64,000 nucleotides of DNA. Origin: Octopus sinensis. Taxonomy: Eukaryota. Location: positions 9,238,001 through 9,302,000 of the forward strand of contig NC_043020.1 of the NCBI RefSeq assembly GCF_006345805.1, read 5' to 3'. The notes under the pieces were generated by a model. That model had not been told where the DNA came from and did not search any database. It saw nothing but the letters and a program-made list of their open reading frames with translations. Position 1 is the first letter of the stretch. The number at the start of each line of letters is the position of its first letter. Positions 12,739 to 26,233 of the stretch are shown one piece after another. The translations under genes were made by a program, and so were the position numbers.

Positions 12739-13902
12739 GGGGAATCATTGGTTTGTTGCTTTTGTGCTGAAGAATTAGGCTGTTAAGGGCTCATTTACTA
12801 ATTCCTGTCAGTGTAAAATCTTGGACTGTTAGTATTAAGGCTCATCTTTCTTTTTATCTCATTATATCAAAGAATTAGGCTGTTAATATTAGGGATTGCT
12901 TATCTATCCCTATCATATAGAAGACCTGGACTGCTAATAAGAGGGAATCAGCTATTTGTGACTTCAGTCTTAGATATACAAGGGGTCGAGTCAATCCACT
13001 TGTTGCTGTTCCTGATGGAATTCTGTTGAATATCTGACACCTGACATGAGTAACACTGAAGTTCCTTATATAATAGGTAAGCTGTTTCTTCTTAATATTT
13101 GTAAATCTTAAGTGTTAACCCTAGAACTAGACTGTTAACCTCCAACAAAGCTAATGCATCAAGTGTCAGCTGTCTTTCCTGACCATTTTTACTGGCAGGA
13201 AGGGGTTAAACTTCTAAACAGACCCATCACTTGGCCGTTTATAGTTAGAGAATAGGCCCCAATTTTTTCTCTAAAGTATTTCTATCTGCTATTGATCCTT
13301 AACAAATTTAGATCTAGTCGCTTTAGTTTACACTTGGCATAGAATAGCGGATCGCAAATTATACCCTTAAAAATATTTCTGTCTGAACAAATAACATTTA
13401 GGGATAAGTTATGTTTTCCTGATGTTCTCAAATCTTGTTTGATTGTTCAAAGGATTAGATTTTTGCTGCTAAAATCTAAAAGTATAAACCATTTAAAGTA
13501 GGGCTGGTCTGATAAAACTGCAGTGTTTAAATTTGGGGGTTATATCTTGTATCCCTGAAAACATATTCAAGTCTCAGTTACTAAGATTAGGGGCAAATTA
13601 AGTGAGAAATAAAGTGAATATAAGAGAGACACACAGTTAGTCCCTTAAGACAGTTAAATTGGTGACTCCTTAAGGATAGACAAATTCTATTAGTCTGCAG
13701 TATACAGAACTTTGGGATTAATTCATTAGCATTTGGAGAAACTTTCAGTTAATTCTTCAACATCTTCAAGCACAGTAAGTAATTCAGTGAAACATTTTGT
13801 CCGTCTGTCTATCAATCTATCTGTCTGTCTACATGTCTATATTCCTGGTTATCTATTTATCTATCTATCTGTCTGTCTGTCTTTTTTCTTTCTATCTATC
13901 TA

Positions 13903-13933
<31 letters not shown>

Positions 13934-14034
13934 GCCTGCCTGTCAGTCTGTCTGCCTGCCTGCCTGTCTGTCTGTCTATCTGTCAATCTGTCTGTCTGCT
14001 TGCCTGCTTCTCTGTCTGTCTGTTTATCTATATG

Positions 14035-14066
<32 letters not shown>

Positions 14067-14439
14067 AGTTTGTCTATTTGCTTGCCTGCCCCTCTGTCTG
14101 CCTGTCTACCTGTCTGCCTGCCTCTCTGTGTGTCTGTGTCTATCTATCTGTCTGTCTGTTGGTCTGTCTGTCTATCTGTCTCTCTCTCTTTCTCTCTTTG
14201 TATTTATGTATATGCGTGTGTGTATGAGTCAATATACATTCGTATGTTCAATATATATGTGTGCGTGTGCATGCGTGTGTGTGGGTTGGTGTATGGGTAC
14301 ATGTATGTATGTGGCATGTTTACGCAATAATTCAAGCATTTGTATGTGTTTATACAAGTATATGTATGTATCATTCTCTCCCTCTCTTTCTCCATATATC
14401 CACGTGTATGTATGTGTGTCTATATATATATATACTTGG

Positions 14440-14625
14440 GAACAAGTGACATGAACAGTTTCTTCGGAGATTTCATCCCAGCATTTTCCGAATGGTGCTC
14501 AAGAACTCTGAGACTCATGTAAGAATTAGCACAGGTTTTGCTTTCAAGGATAGACCATATGCCAAAGTCCATCGGATTCAGGTCTCTGAAAACATAGTTG
14601 CTAGAATTAGACGTCGTTAGAAAAA
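14440..14625 (-). pseudogene. Tc1/mariner DDE transposase C-terminal fragment
   Basis: DLNPMDFGIWSILESK motif. Confidence 0.65.
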
Positions 14626-14654
14626 ATCTAAGGAAGCTGTTACTTTTGTTGGTA

Positions 14655-15590
14655 ACAAAAGGCCTCCCTCTCACAGTGAAACGCAGACTGTATGACGTAT
14701 GACACATGCACACGGACAGCAATGCTACATGGTAGTGAATGCAAAGGACCTGAAAAGGGTTGAAATAAGTATGCTCCACTAAATGTACAATATCGCTGTA
14801 AATGTACAAGAAAGTGCAAATGTGTTGAGAAAAAAATTGAGCCTAAAGAAATTGGATAGAGAGTGTAAGGGTTAGGATCATTGTGCTGATATGGCTGTGT
14901 GATGTGTATGGATGATGATGGTGGCATAGGGAAGTGCTGATCTCTAAATATGGAGGGAATCTGTTGAAGAGGAAAGTCCAGGAAGACATGGAACGAAGGG
15001 GAGAGAAATGATTTAGATGTTGATGCTGACAGACAAGATGGCAAAGGACTGAGAGGATTGGTGGTTTGTTGTGCTTGAGAAGTTCCATCTAGCTTAGCAA
15101 AACCGGGGCCCTAATGGTATCTCGTTGTTGTCTCTTCCCCTGCACACAATCTGCTCCTGAGAAGACGCCCACAACTTATCTTCCTTACACACGCTCCCTC
15201 CACCCGTGCTCCCCACTGACTGAATACCCCTCTCCTCCATTTCCTGCATCTCTTCTGTGCTTTTGCAAACTTACCCGCCCACTCACCCTGCCCAGTCCTC
15301 TGCACCACGCCGGTTATGCAGGTGCGAATATTCCTCAACCTCACTTGAAGGGTCTTTATCTTTGTAAGTTCTTTGGTGACCTCCCTGATGCTGGTGCTAC
15401 ATAACAAGCACCCAGTACATGCTCTAAAGTGGTCGGCATCTGGAAGGCCATCCAGCCATAGAAACCATGGCAAAACAGAGAGCAGAGCTAGGGGTAATCT
15501 TTTGACCTGTCAGCTCCTGTCAAACCATCCAACCCATGTCAGCATGGAAAATGGACGTTAAATAATGATGATAAAGATGATGATGATATG
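14655..15590 (+). mobile_element. Decayed RTE LINE 3' end including 3' UTR and (GAT)n tail
   Basis: Interrupted motifs KRRLYD...AMLHGSE...YGCVMCMDDD...RKTW, followed by the shared tail ...GGAAGGCCATCCAG...AACCCATG...(GAT)n. Confidence 0.7.
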
Positions 15591-15799
15591 CATACGTGTG
15601 TGTGTGTGTGCATGTGTATGCATGCTTATGTGTGTGTATGCATATCCATTCATGGTGAGTGCAGAGGTATATAATATACTCCACCAATTTTCTTTCAGAT
15701 AGACAAGTTAAATTCTTTATCTACATACCATCCCCTACACACACACACATGTGTGTGACTGTGAATATGTTTTAGTTTCATTATGTCAGAGATAAAATT

Positions 15800-17242
15800 T
15801 GATAAATCCGATAAAGTCAGTTTCTTGGATGCACTTTCACCACAGTCTATGTGTTGTTGTCATGGGTTCTGGTAGTGGGTGGATCCAGCACATCGAGATT
15901 GTAGGGCCTGCCATGTTCAATACCGTGTATGGCCTCCCAGGGTATTCAAAACGGCCATACAACATTGATACTAGGAATGCATGAGGCGGTTCACAAAAGC
16001 CATTGGCACCTGCGCCCAGACCCTGAGGAAAGCTACCACCAATTCCACATGAGTTTTTGGCCTTGGGACCACCTGGTTCAACTATCTCAGGATTTCATCC
16101 CACAGGTGTTCAATTGGGTTCAAATCCAGGTTGAGAGCTGGCCATGGCATGGTCCTAGTGTTGTGTTGTTGCAGAAGGTCCATGGTAACCCTGGCCGTGT
16201 GGGAGGGAGCATTGTCCTGCTGGAACACGTGGCTATGGTGACACGTGAAGAAGGGCATGATGTGAGGTCTTAGGATCTGGTCAACGTAGTGCTGTGCTGT
16301 GATGCCATTCCCTCTGCCTGCACCAACATTTTGGAACACATGGTGCCCAATTCTCTGATTCAGGCCTATAGCACCCCAAACTATGATGCTTTAACCACTC
16401 CATACGTCTCTGTAGCATTCACCCCTCCTACGCCACACCCTCACTCTGCCATCCGAGGTAGAAACACAGTACCGGCTCTTTTCAGAGAAAACTGTTGACC
16501 TCCATTGTTGATACCACCAATGTCGGTGCTGTGTAGCCCTCTGTAGACGTACCTGATGGTGGCAGGTGGTGAGGACAGGCCCTTTAGCAGGATGACAGCA
16601 GCGCAGGTTGTTGGTGGTCAGTTGATGTCATACCATGTCATTGCTGATGAGTTGCTGTCCAGTGCCAATGGTCTTGCGGGCTGTCACGCTGGCCAGTCTG
16701 AAGTGATCACGGATGTGTTGCAGGTGGATGAAGTGGTCCTGCATGGGCGTGGTCATCTGGGGGTGCCCTCTGCAGGCACAGTCTACAGTGCTGTTGGTGT
16801 TGTTGTATTGCTGTTGCATGAGATGGATGGTGCTGATATGGACATTGTAAGCTTTCGCAACAACCAGGACACGCTGCCCTGCTTGCAATCGGTCGATAGC
16901 TTGTTCTCTCTGCACTGCTGACAATCGGCTCATACTTGATGCTTCCAAATTACGAATGCCAGGAACGCGGTTCAAGTTGATTTTTATACCCAAAACCTTC
17001 ATGAGATGCACATGCATTTCGGTTTTCATGATAATTATTCGCGACTACCACCCACGGCATTCAACGCAGCTGCGTTTTAGCGTCTCATTTCAGGGAAAGT
17101 TGAAAGGTTTCCTGCAATTTGGGTCTCAGCCATAAACCAGAAAGTCTTGGAATATTTACACTTACATCCCTGAAATAAATTCTCAGAATTTACCATATAA
17201 AAATGACATTTGGAAAAATTGCATTTCTTTTGCAGTTCAGTG
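15800..17242 (-). mobile_element. Decayed Tc1 DNA transposon; transposase pseudogene 15917-16933
   Basis: MSRLSAVQREQAI (HTH), FQQDNAPSH, WPALNLDLNPIEHLWD and GGHTRY*. Right end CAGTG|TA at 17242. No matching left TIR found. Confidence 0.85.
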
Positions 17243-17945
17243 TATATATATTATATGTGTATCACATGGTTCCGGGTTAAGTCCCACTGCATGGCATCTT
17301 GGGCAAGTGTCTTCTCCTTTAGTCTTGGGCTGACCAAAGCCTTGTGAATGGATTTAGTAGATGGAAACTGAAAGAAATCCGTCATATATATATATACATA
17401 CATATATATATGTATGTATGTTTGTATCTCTGTGTTTTTCCCCCCGCCATTGCTTCACAACCGATGTTGGTGTGTTTATGTCCCTGTAATCTAGTGGTTC
17501 AACAAAAAAAAGACTAATAGAATAAGTACTAGGCTTACAAAGAATAAGTCCTGGGGTGAATTTGTTTGATTAAAAGGTGGTGTTCCAGCATGGCTGCAGT
17601 CAAATGTCTGAAATAAGTAAAAGAATATATATATATATATATATATATGCATGCATGTATGTATGTATGTATGTATGGATGCATTCTCCTTCCCAATCAT
17701 GCTCCCACTTTCCTCTTGCATATGTGTCCCTCCCCACCTTCACTACCATTTACCTCCTCCTTTCCCTCTCCTTTTCTTCCTCCTCCTCCTGTGAGAGACC
17801 AGATCTGGCCAGTTTGAACATAAAACAGGTAGAATATTTTTGGCCGGATATGGCCGGTTTAAATGCTAAAGGGTTAAAGATGTTTTTGTTGAATATTGTT
17901 ATTGTTTTTGTTGAATAAAATTTGTTGAAAAAAAAGCCACAATAA

Positions 17946-17995
17946 CTTGCCGGAAGACCCTGTGCACTCCCACAGGTGAAACACAGAGTAGCAAG
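17946..17995 (+). ncRNA. Type I hammerhead-like motif (U4 replaced by G)
   Basis: CTTGC-CGGAAGA-c-CCTGTG-cactcc-CACAGG-t-GAAAC-ACAGA-GTA-GCAAG. 5-bp stem I, 6-bp stem II. Confidence 0.55.
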
Positions 17996-18469
17996 AAACT
18001 GACCGAACCGAAATAAAATATATTATTAATCTCTATTATGGTCTCTGTCCTGCCCACTCACCCAGCCCAACCCTCTGTATTACTTCACCCATTCTTCTCA
18101 TTCCAAATGTCCCTCTAGGATATGACCTGACACATACTTTGGTTGGCCTGAGGCTATAGAAGAACACATTTGCCCCAAGTGCCATGCCAACCATTCGGTT
18201 GGGAAGCGTCTTACTGCAACTGCTATGCCTGAACTTACCATTATTAAGATTTCTCTGAGCGTCACATGGAAAGCGTTCCATTCTTCATTTGTTATTATAA
18301 AAACACTCTGAGTATTTGTGAATTTTCAGATATTTGTTGGGTAGGACAAATGATCTTAGTTTACAGATTTGTCTGATAGCCTACATCCACGGATGAGCTT
18401 AATATGTTAAGCACCAGGGTTATATATCTCAATGAAATTATTATATATGTGTGTGAGTCTGTCTATCTA

Positions 18470-18800
18470 TCTGTCAATCTATCTATCTATCTATCTATCT
18501 ATCTGTCTTTCTATCTATCCTATGTATCTTCCTATCTATGTACTTACCTACCTGCCAACATACCTACCTACCTACCAACCTACCTACCTACCTACCTACC
18601 TACCTACCAACCTACCTACCTACCAACCTACCTACCTAACAACCTACCAACCTACCTACCTACCAACCTACCTACCTACCTACCTACCAACTTACCTACC
18701 TACCTACCTACCTACCAACCTACCTACCTACCTACCTACCAACCTACCTACCTACCTACCTATGCACTTACCTACCTACATATGTACTTATGTATCTGTC
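18470..18800. repeat. (CTAT)n/(CTAC)n microsatellite
   Basis: Direct inspection. Confidence 0.95.
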
Positions 18801-19207
18801 TGTCTGTCTCTCTCTGTATCTATTTATCTGTCTTATCCATCTATGTGTGTGTGTGTGTGTATGCGTACTTATGTATGTCTTCTTGTCTATTTTCCCACCC
18901 ACCCACTGCTTGACAACTGGTGCTGCTCATTTGTTCATGCCCCTATAACTTAGCAGTTCAGCAAAAGAGATTGATAGAATATGTGCCAGACTTTACAAAA
19001 CATAAGTCCTGAGCTCAATTTGTTCTGCTAAAACTCCTCAGGGCAGTGTTCCAGCATGGCCACGCTCCAATAATTAAAACAAGCCAAAGATTAAAGAAAG
19101 ATATTTGAAAAGACAAGATGGTCACATTTGGAATGTCTTTCTTCAGAGGTCTGCTCAACCAACAACAGCATCACTGTCACCTAGTACTACTCCACCCAAC
19201 ACCATCA

Positions 19208-19398
19208 TCTGTAGTAGTAGTAGTAGTAGTAGTGACAGCAGCAGCAGCTGCAACAGTAATGGTAGTATTAGTAGTAGTAGTAGTGACGGCAGCAGTGGTA
19301 GTAGTAGTAGCAGCAGCAGCAGCTGTGGTAGCAGTGGTAGTAGTAGTGGTGGTAGTGGTAGCAGCAGCAGCAACAACAGCGGCAGCAGCAGTAGCAAC

Positions 19399-19448
<50 letters not shown>

Positions 19449-19473
19449 CAGCAGCAGCAGTAGTAGTAGTAGT

Positions 19474-19505
<32 letters not shown>

Positions 19506-19770
19506 TAGAAGTAGTAGTAGTAGTAGTAGCAGCAGCAGCAGTAGTAGTAGTATTAGTAGTAGTAGTAGTAGTAGAAGTAGTAGTAGTAGTAGTAGTAGAA
19601 GTAGTGGTAGTAGTAGTAGCAGCAGCAGCAGTAGTAGTAGTAGTAGTAGTAGTAAGTAGTAGTAGTAGTTAGTAGAGTAGTCAGTAGCAGCAGCAAGCAG
19701 GCAGTAGTAGTAGTATAGTAGTAGTAGTAGTAGTAGTAGTGCAGCAGCAGCAGTTAGTAGTAGTAGTAGT

Positions 19771-19802
<32 letters not shown>

Positions 19803-19930
19803 TAGAAGTAGTAGTAGTAGTAGTAGCAGCAGCAGGCAGTAGTAGTAGTATTAGTAGTAGTAGTAGTAGTAGAAGTAGTAGTAGTAGTAGTAGTAGAAGT
19901 AGTGGTATAGTAGTAGCAGCAGCAGCAGTA

Positions 19931-19984
<54 letters not shown>

Positions 19985-20026
19985 CAGCAGCAGCAGCAGT
20001 AGTAGTAGTATTAGTAGTAGTAGTAG
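19208..20026. repeat. (AGT/AGC)n trinucleotide tract
   Basis: Direct inspection. Confidence 0.95.
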
Positions 20027-20587
20027 CTCTGGCTTGATTCTTCTGTCGGACCTATCAGGCTGGTCATCCAGTGTCCACCACATTAAAGGGCTCAAGGGGC
20101 ACCCCCCCCCCCCCCCCCCACCCCATACAGCTGAGTGCCCCCCCCCCCGGGAGCTACGTGAAATGAAGCGTCTTGCTTAAGAACACATTGCACTACCCAG
20201 TCTGAGAATTGAAACCCTGATCCTGAAACTGTTAGTACAACAGCCTTAACTATTAGAGCCTTACTTTTACCAGCCACAAGAGGGAGCCACATGGTGATGG
20301 CTGGACTTGCTAGAAAGGGCAGTCAAGTCACCCTCTCATGACACTTTCCTGTCCTAATATATAAAGGAATAGCATATTGGGTGAAGCGGTCCTTGATGTG
20401 TGGCAATTAGATGGAATGGTCATTTCTGGATTGACTTCAATGATAAGTCTGCTTGATGAAGGTTAGCCTAATCACCACTGTTGCGACGATCCTTTGTTTA
20501 ATAATACTACCACCCTGACTACTACTACTACTACCACTACTACTACTACTACTACCACCACCACCACCACTACTACTACCACTACTA

Positions 20588-20620
<33 letters not shown>

Positions 20621-20629
20621 TTACCACCG

Positions 20630-20666
<37 letters not shown>

Positions 20667-21050
20667 AACTACTACTACTACTACAACTACTACTACTACT
20701 ACCACCACCACCACCACACCACCCACGCCAGTATTACTAGGACACTAACAACAACAACAACACCGCCGAGGGCGAGGAGGGGAAGAAAGAGAGGAAGAGG
20801 AGGAGGACAACAATGGTGATGGCAATGCCAACTACGACAACCTCCTCCCACCCCTACCCCGATGCCACCCCCACCCCACCCTCCTTTCTACAGTGTTCTC
20901 TCATTTTTTTTCTCCCTTCCATCAGATACCCAGCTGCTTGGTTTACCATTCCTGAGATATTAACACAGAACACATGTATGTATATCTACTCCCTGTAGAC
21001 AAACACTCACACACACACACACACACACACAACACACACGCACACACATG

Positions 21051-21090
<40 letters not shown>

Positions 21091-21483
21091 CCATGCACAT
21101 ATATACACTCCTGAAAATACACCCACTCACATGTATGTATGTATGCATGTATGTATGTATATATGTATATATATATATGTATGTATGGATGTATGTAGGT
21201 ATGTATATATGTTTATATGTATGTGTATTTATATATATGTGTGTATATACATACATATATGTATGTATGTATGTATGTATATATGTATATATGTATATAT
21301 GTATGTATGTATATATGTATGTATATATGTATGTATGTATATATGTATGTATATATATATATGTATGTATGTATGGATGTATGTAGGTATGTATATATGT
21401 TTATATGTATGTGTAGGTATATATATATATGTGTGTATATATATATACATATATACATACATATATGTATGTATGTATGTATG

Positions 21484-21526
<43 letters not shown>

Positions 21527-22071
21527 ATATGCTCACATATTTATATAGGTGATTTTAAGGAAATATAAAAAGGCTGCACCCCCACCCCCCATCTCCCCAC
21601 CCACCCGACCCTAGTTAACATTTAGTGAAGAAAGAAACCCAGCACCAGAACCAGTGAGGGGGGTCGGTCGGTCTAGTGGGTGTGAGGGCGGGTGGTGGTG
21701 GTGGTGGGGGGGAGCAGAATGTGACGCTGGTACAAGTGCCCTCCCCCACCCTGCCGACATTATCTGCTCTCTAACATATTTCCATTAACTGGAGAATATC
21801 AACAATGCTGCTGCAGGAGATGTGTCCTGTCTGATGCCAAGAGAAGAAGAGCCCTGGGGTAGCAGGTTAGGGTATTGGGGTATCGGAGGGGTGGGGGAAG
21901 CAGGGATGCGATTCCTGGGTCCCTGCTAATGTCACATGACCAGAGTGAGTTCAGAGCCAGAATGGATTACTTTTGTGTCTTCTCCCGTTGTTCATTTCTA
22001 AGTTGCAGGTAATTCTTTGAATGCATGAAGAGGCAAAGGGAATCAGGCTCTGTAGCCTGTCTACCTATCTG

Positions 22072-22102
<31 letters not shown>

Positions 22103-22181
22103 GTCCGCCTGTATATTTGTCTGTCTGCCTGCCAACCTAAGTAGCTTCCTCCCTCTCTTTCTCTTACCCTCAAGTTATGAA

Positions 22182-22249
<68 letters not shown>

Positions 22250-22412
22250 CATATATATATTTATGTCTATCTATCTGTCTATCTAGATAGATAAATTTTT
22301 GTATACATATCTGTATATGTGTGTGTGTGTGTTTGTGTGTATACAAAAATATGTACAAATACACACACAAACATGTGTGTTTGTATATATATATATGTAT
22401 GCACATATACAT

Positions 22413-22444
<32 letters not shown>

Positions 22445-23296
22445 GCACACATGTGTATAATACACATACCCACATACATACACGCATGTAAGTAAGATAC
22501 ACAAGCACACACATGCATGTAACCAATTTATTTTTGTTTACTTTTTATTAGTTGATGATTTTGGTAGACTTGTTTTGTTTTACTTTGGTTATCTATTTCA
22601 GATGTTGTGATATATTCATTTCGGGGGGGCATCAGATCAGATAGACTGGGAAACCACTTTGTACCAGATAAATGGGGAAATATTTTGGTACTAGATTGGA
22701 GAAATAAGTTTACACGTGATTTAACCAAACAGAAAAAACAATATTTCATATTATAACTGACTATTCAACTTTTTTTACTATCAACACAACAAAAAGATAA
22801 GAATACTTTTGTGAGTATTTCTGAGAAATATTTACCAACGTGGCAAAAAAGGTGTATAAAACAGATATATTTCCTGAGAAAAACACAAACTTTGAATGGA
22901 AGAACAGAGTCTTTCCACACATTCTAGTCATTAAATCGGGTTTTTTCTTTCTCACAATCTTCACCTATTAAGTTTCATAAGTAACACACCTTTCAGATTG
23001 TCAATCAGTTTGTCTGTCCATATCTTTGTCTATCGGTCTCGTTGTCTGGCTATCTCACTCTATACCCTTATGTGCGTAGGCATATATATATACATATACA
23101 CGTGTGGGTGTAGACAGGGCTATGTTGCATAGAAGCTCCATTCTGCAGCCACATGGTTTTAAGTTGAGGCCTATTGCATGGTGCCCTGGGCAGTTGTCCT
23201 CTACTATAGCCCCATTGCCAAACACAATGCCAAGAAAATTAATTTGGCACTTGGAAACTTTATAGAAGACCATGTACATATGTGTAAAATATACAT

Positions 23297-23346
<50 letters not shown>

Positions 23347-23561
23347 CCAAACTGTTTGGCGAACGGGTATGTGAAACTCCAAGTAACAGCTTTTGTTAAA
23401 TTTCTGCTGCTTTTAAATAAAGTATATATATACATATATATATATATATAATATATATACAGCCTTCTAACATGCCAGCCTCTGTCAAACAGTCCAACCC
23501 ATGCCAGCATGGACAACGGATGTTAAACGATGCTGCTGCTAATATATATACATGCACACAA

Positions 23562-23598
<37 letters not shown>

Positions 23599-24059
23599 CA
23601 AACACACACATATATGTATGTTTGTGTATGTGTTGCAGTTCATTTAGTTAATTAAATGTTTCGAGCTTGGTGCTCCAGTATGGCCTCAACTCAATGAATG
23701 AAGACGGCAAAAGAACAGAGCTGCAAATACCACTCTCCCCATCCACCCGCCACAAAAATGGAATTGTTACTGAAACCATTTGCTCCACCCTCTTTATTAA
23801 CAAGTAAACAAACTAGAATTTGCCTCCATGTGTATAACTTATTGTTTCTTTGCCAAAGTTGTTTTGAGTAACTTCCTGAAATCTAAAACATTCAAGTTTA
23901 TTAAATCTGATAATTTCTCCTCCTTCTCCTTTTCAATCTGCACATTTCAATCCATCTCCCATTCTGCTTTAATTAAAAGAACCTTTTAATTAGTAGTGTT
24001 TACTTACAAATTTTCTTCTTTGAATAATTTACAATTCTGAGTATATATAATATATATAT

Positions 24060-24095
<36 letters not shown>

Positions 24096-24257
24096 CTGGA
24101 GTAAACACATAAATGTGAAACAAGGTGGAAAAAAGAGTACTCAAATACCAGTGGTAGAGTAATATGCTTTATTTAAAGCAGCAAAAATTCAACAAAACCT
24201 GTTACTCTGAGTTTCTCGTTGCCGTTCATTGATATATCGGTTCCATTCTAACAGAAA

Positions 24258-24295
24258 CTGTCTGATAAACGGCAATGAGAAACTCAGAGTAACAG
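24258..24295 (+). ncRNA. Minimal type I hammerhead-like motif in a fold-back element
   Basis: CTGT-CTGATAA-ACG-gcaa-TGA-GAAA-CTC-a-GAG-T-A-ACAG. G8 is A here but G in the inverted arm. Paralogue at 23352-23389. Confidence 0.55.
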
Positions 24296-24328
24296 ATTTT
24301 GTTGAATTTTCTGCTGCTTTAAATAAAG

Positions 24329-24396
<68 letters not shown>

Positions 24397-24591
24397 CATA
24401 TATACATATATGTGTGTGTGCATTATTTATATATATACAGAGGGAAGTTGCTATATTTCATTCCATAATGACCACCTCTGAAGAGTGCAGGGTTATATAA
24501 TCAGACAGTTACCTGACACTCCATTGAACCCCTAGTGTGAAACCAATTGGTAAAATCGGCCATAATGGATATATAATATGGTACACTTTGA

Positions 24592-24635
<44 letters not shown>

Positions 24636-24644
24636 TATATATTA

Positions 24645-24875
24645 TTCTCTTGTTTCAGTCATTTGACTGTGGTCATGCTGGAGCACCGCCTTTTAGTCGA
24701 ACAAATCAACCCCAGGACTTATTCTTTGTAAGCCCAGTACTTATTCTATCAGTTTCTTTTGCCGAACTGCTAAGTTACAGTGACGTAAACACATCAACAT
24801 CGGTTGTCAAGCAATGCTAGGGGGACAAACACAGACACACAAACACACACTCTCACACACACACACACACATTAT

Positions 24876-24937
<62 letters not shown>

Positions 24938-25088
24938 CAACAGGCTACTTTCAGTTTCCTTCTACCAAATCCACTCACTAGGCTTAGGTCGGCCCGAAGC
25001 TATAGTAGAAGACACTTGGCCAAGTTGCCATGCAGTGGGACTGAACCCAGGACCATGAGGTTAGTAAGCAAGCTACTTACCACACAGA
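24645..25088 (-). mobile_element. SINE family A
   Basis: Homologous to 4029-4427. Confidence 0.8.
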
Positions 25089-25369
25089 CGTGCCAATGCA
25101 TATATACACACACACACATGTCTATCTATCTATTCGTTGCTCTATTTTATCCATTTATATCTGGATATGTGTATATGTATTTATATATGCATGCGTATAC
25201 TATATGCATACATGCACACAGTATATGCATACATGCGTGTATATTATGCATGTATGTATGTATGTATGTATGTATGTATGTATGTATGTATGTATGTATG
25301 TATGACTACTATTATTTTACATTGTTAGTTTTTAAGTAAAGGGTGTGCCAACTTGATCATACAGTAGAC

Positions 25370-26233
25370 CACCACCATCACCACCACCACTGAACGCTGT
25401 CACCATGACAACACTACCCTCATCAACACTACTACCACTGCAACCATGACAGCCACCTCTGTTGCTGCTGCCTCTGCCAGGGTGATCACCACCACCACAC
25501 CACCACCACCACCACCACCACCACCAGTGACAGCACCATTACTAACCCCATAACCACCACGAACAGCACTTCTTCAACCACTACCACCACCACCTCCACC
25601 ACTGTCACTACCACCATCTCCATCTCCATCAATGCCACCAACACAACTACCCCACCACAGCCAACACTAACCTCAGCACAACCACCAATACCATCACGAT
25701 CACTACCATCACTCCTATTGTCTTTCCTACCAACACCACGGCCACTCCAACCGTTTCTACCACTGCCACTACCACCACCACCACCACCAACAACAACCAC
25801 CACCACCACCACCACCACCACCGCCACCGCCACCACTGCCACCACCACCACTGCCACCACCACCACCAACACCACCACCACCACCACCACTGCCACCACC
25901 ACCACCACCACCGCCACCACCACCACCACCACTGCCACCACCACCACCACCACCACTACCACTACCACCACCACCACCACCGCCACCACCACCACCGCCA
26001 CACCACCACCACTACCATCACCACTACCATCACCATCACCGCCACCACCACCACCACCACTACCACCACCACCACCACCACCACTGCCACCACCACCACT
26101 GCCACTACCACCACCACCGCCACCACCACCACTGCCACCACCACCCCCCACCACCACCACCACCACCACCGCTGTCACCACCACCACCACCACCACCACC
26201 GCCACCACCACCACTGCCACTACCACCACCACC
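25370..26233. repeat. (ACC)n-rich tract
   Basis: Direct inspection. Confidence 0.95.

Noticed and set aside
13729-13803. Protein-like minus-strand frame TKCFTELLTVLEDVEELTESFSKC* and a plus-strand donor at about 13776
   Set aside because: The readings conflict, the minus acceptor falls in a microsatellite, and no partner exons were found.
23840-23960. Minus-strand frame NVQIEKEKEEKLSDLINLNVLDFRKLLKTTLAKKQ*
   Set aside because: It is short, bounded by stops, and has no recognisable family or splice context.
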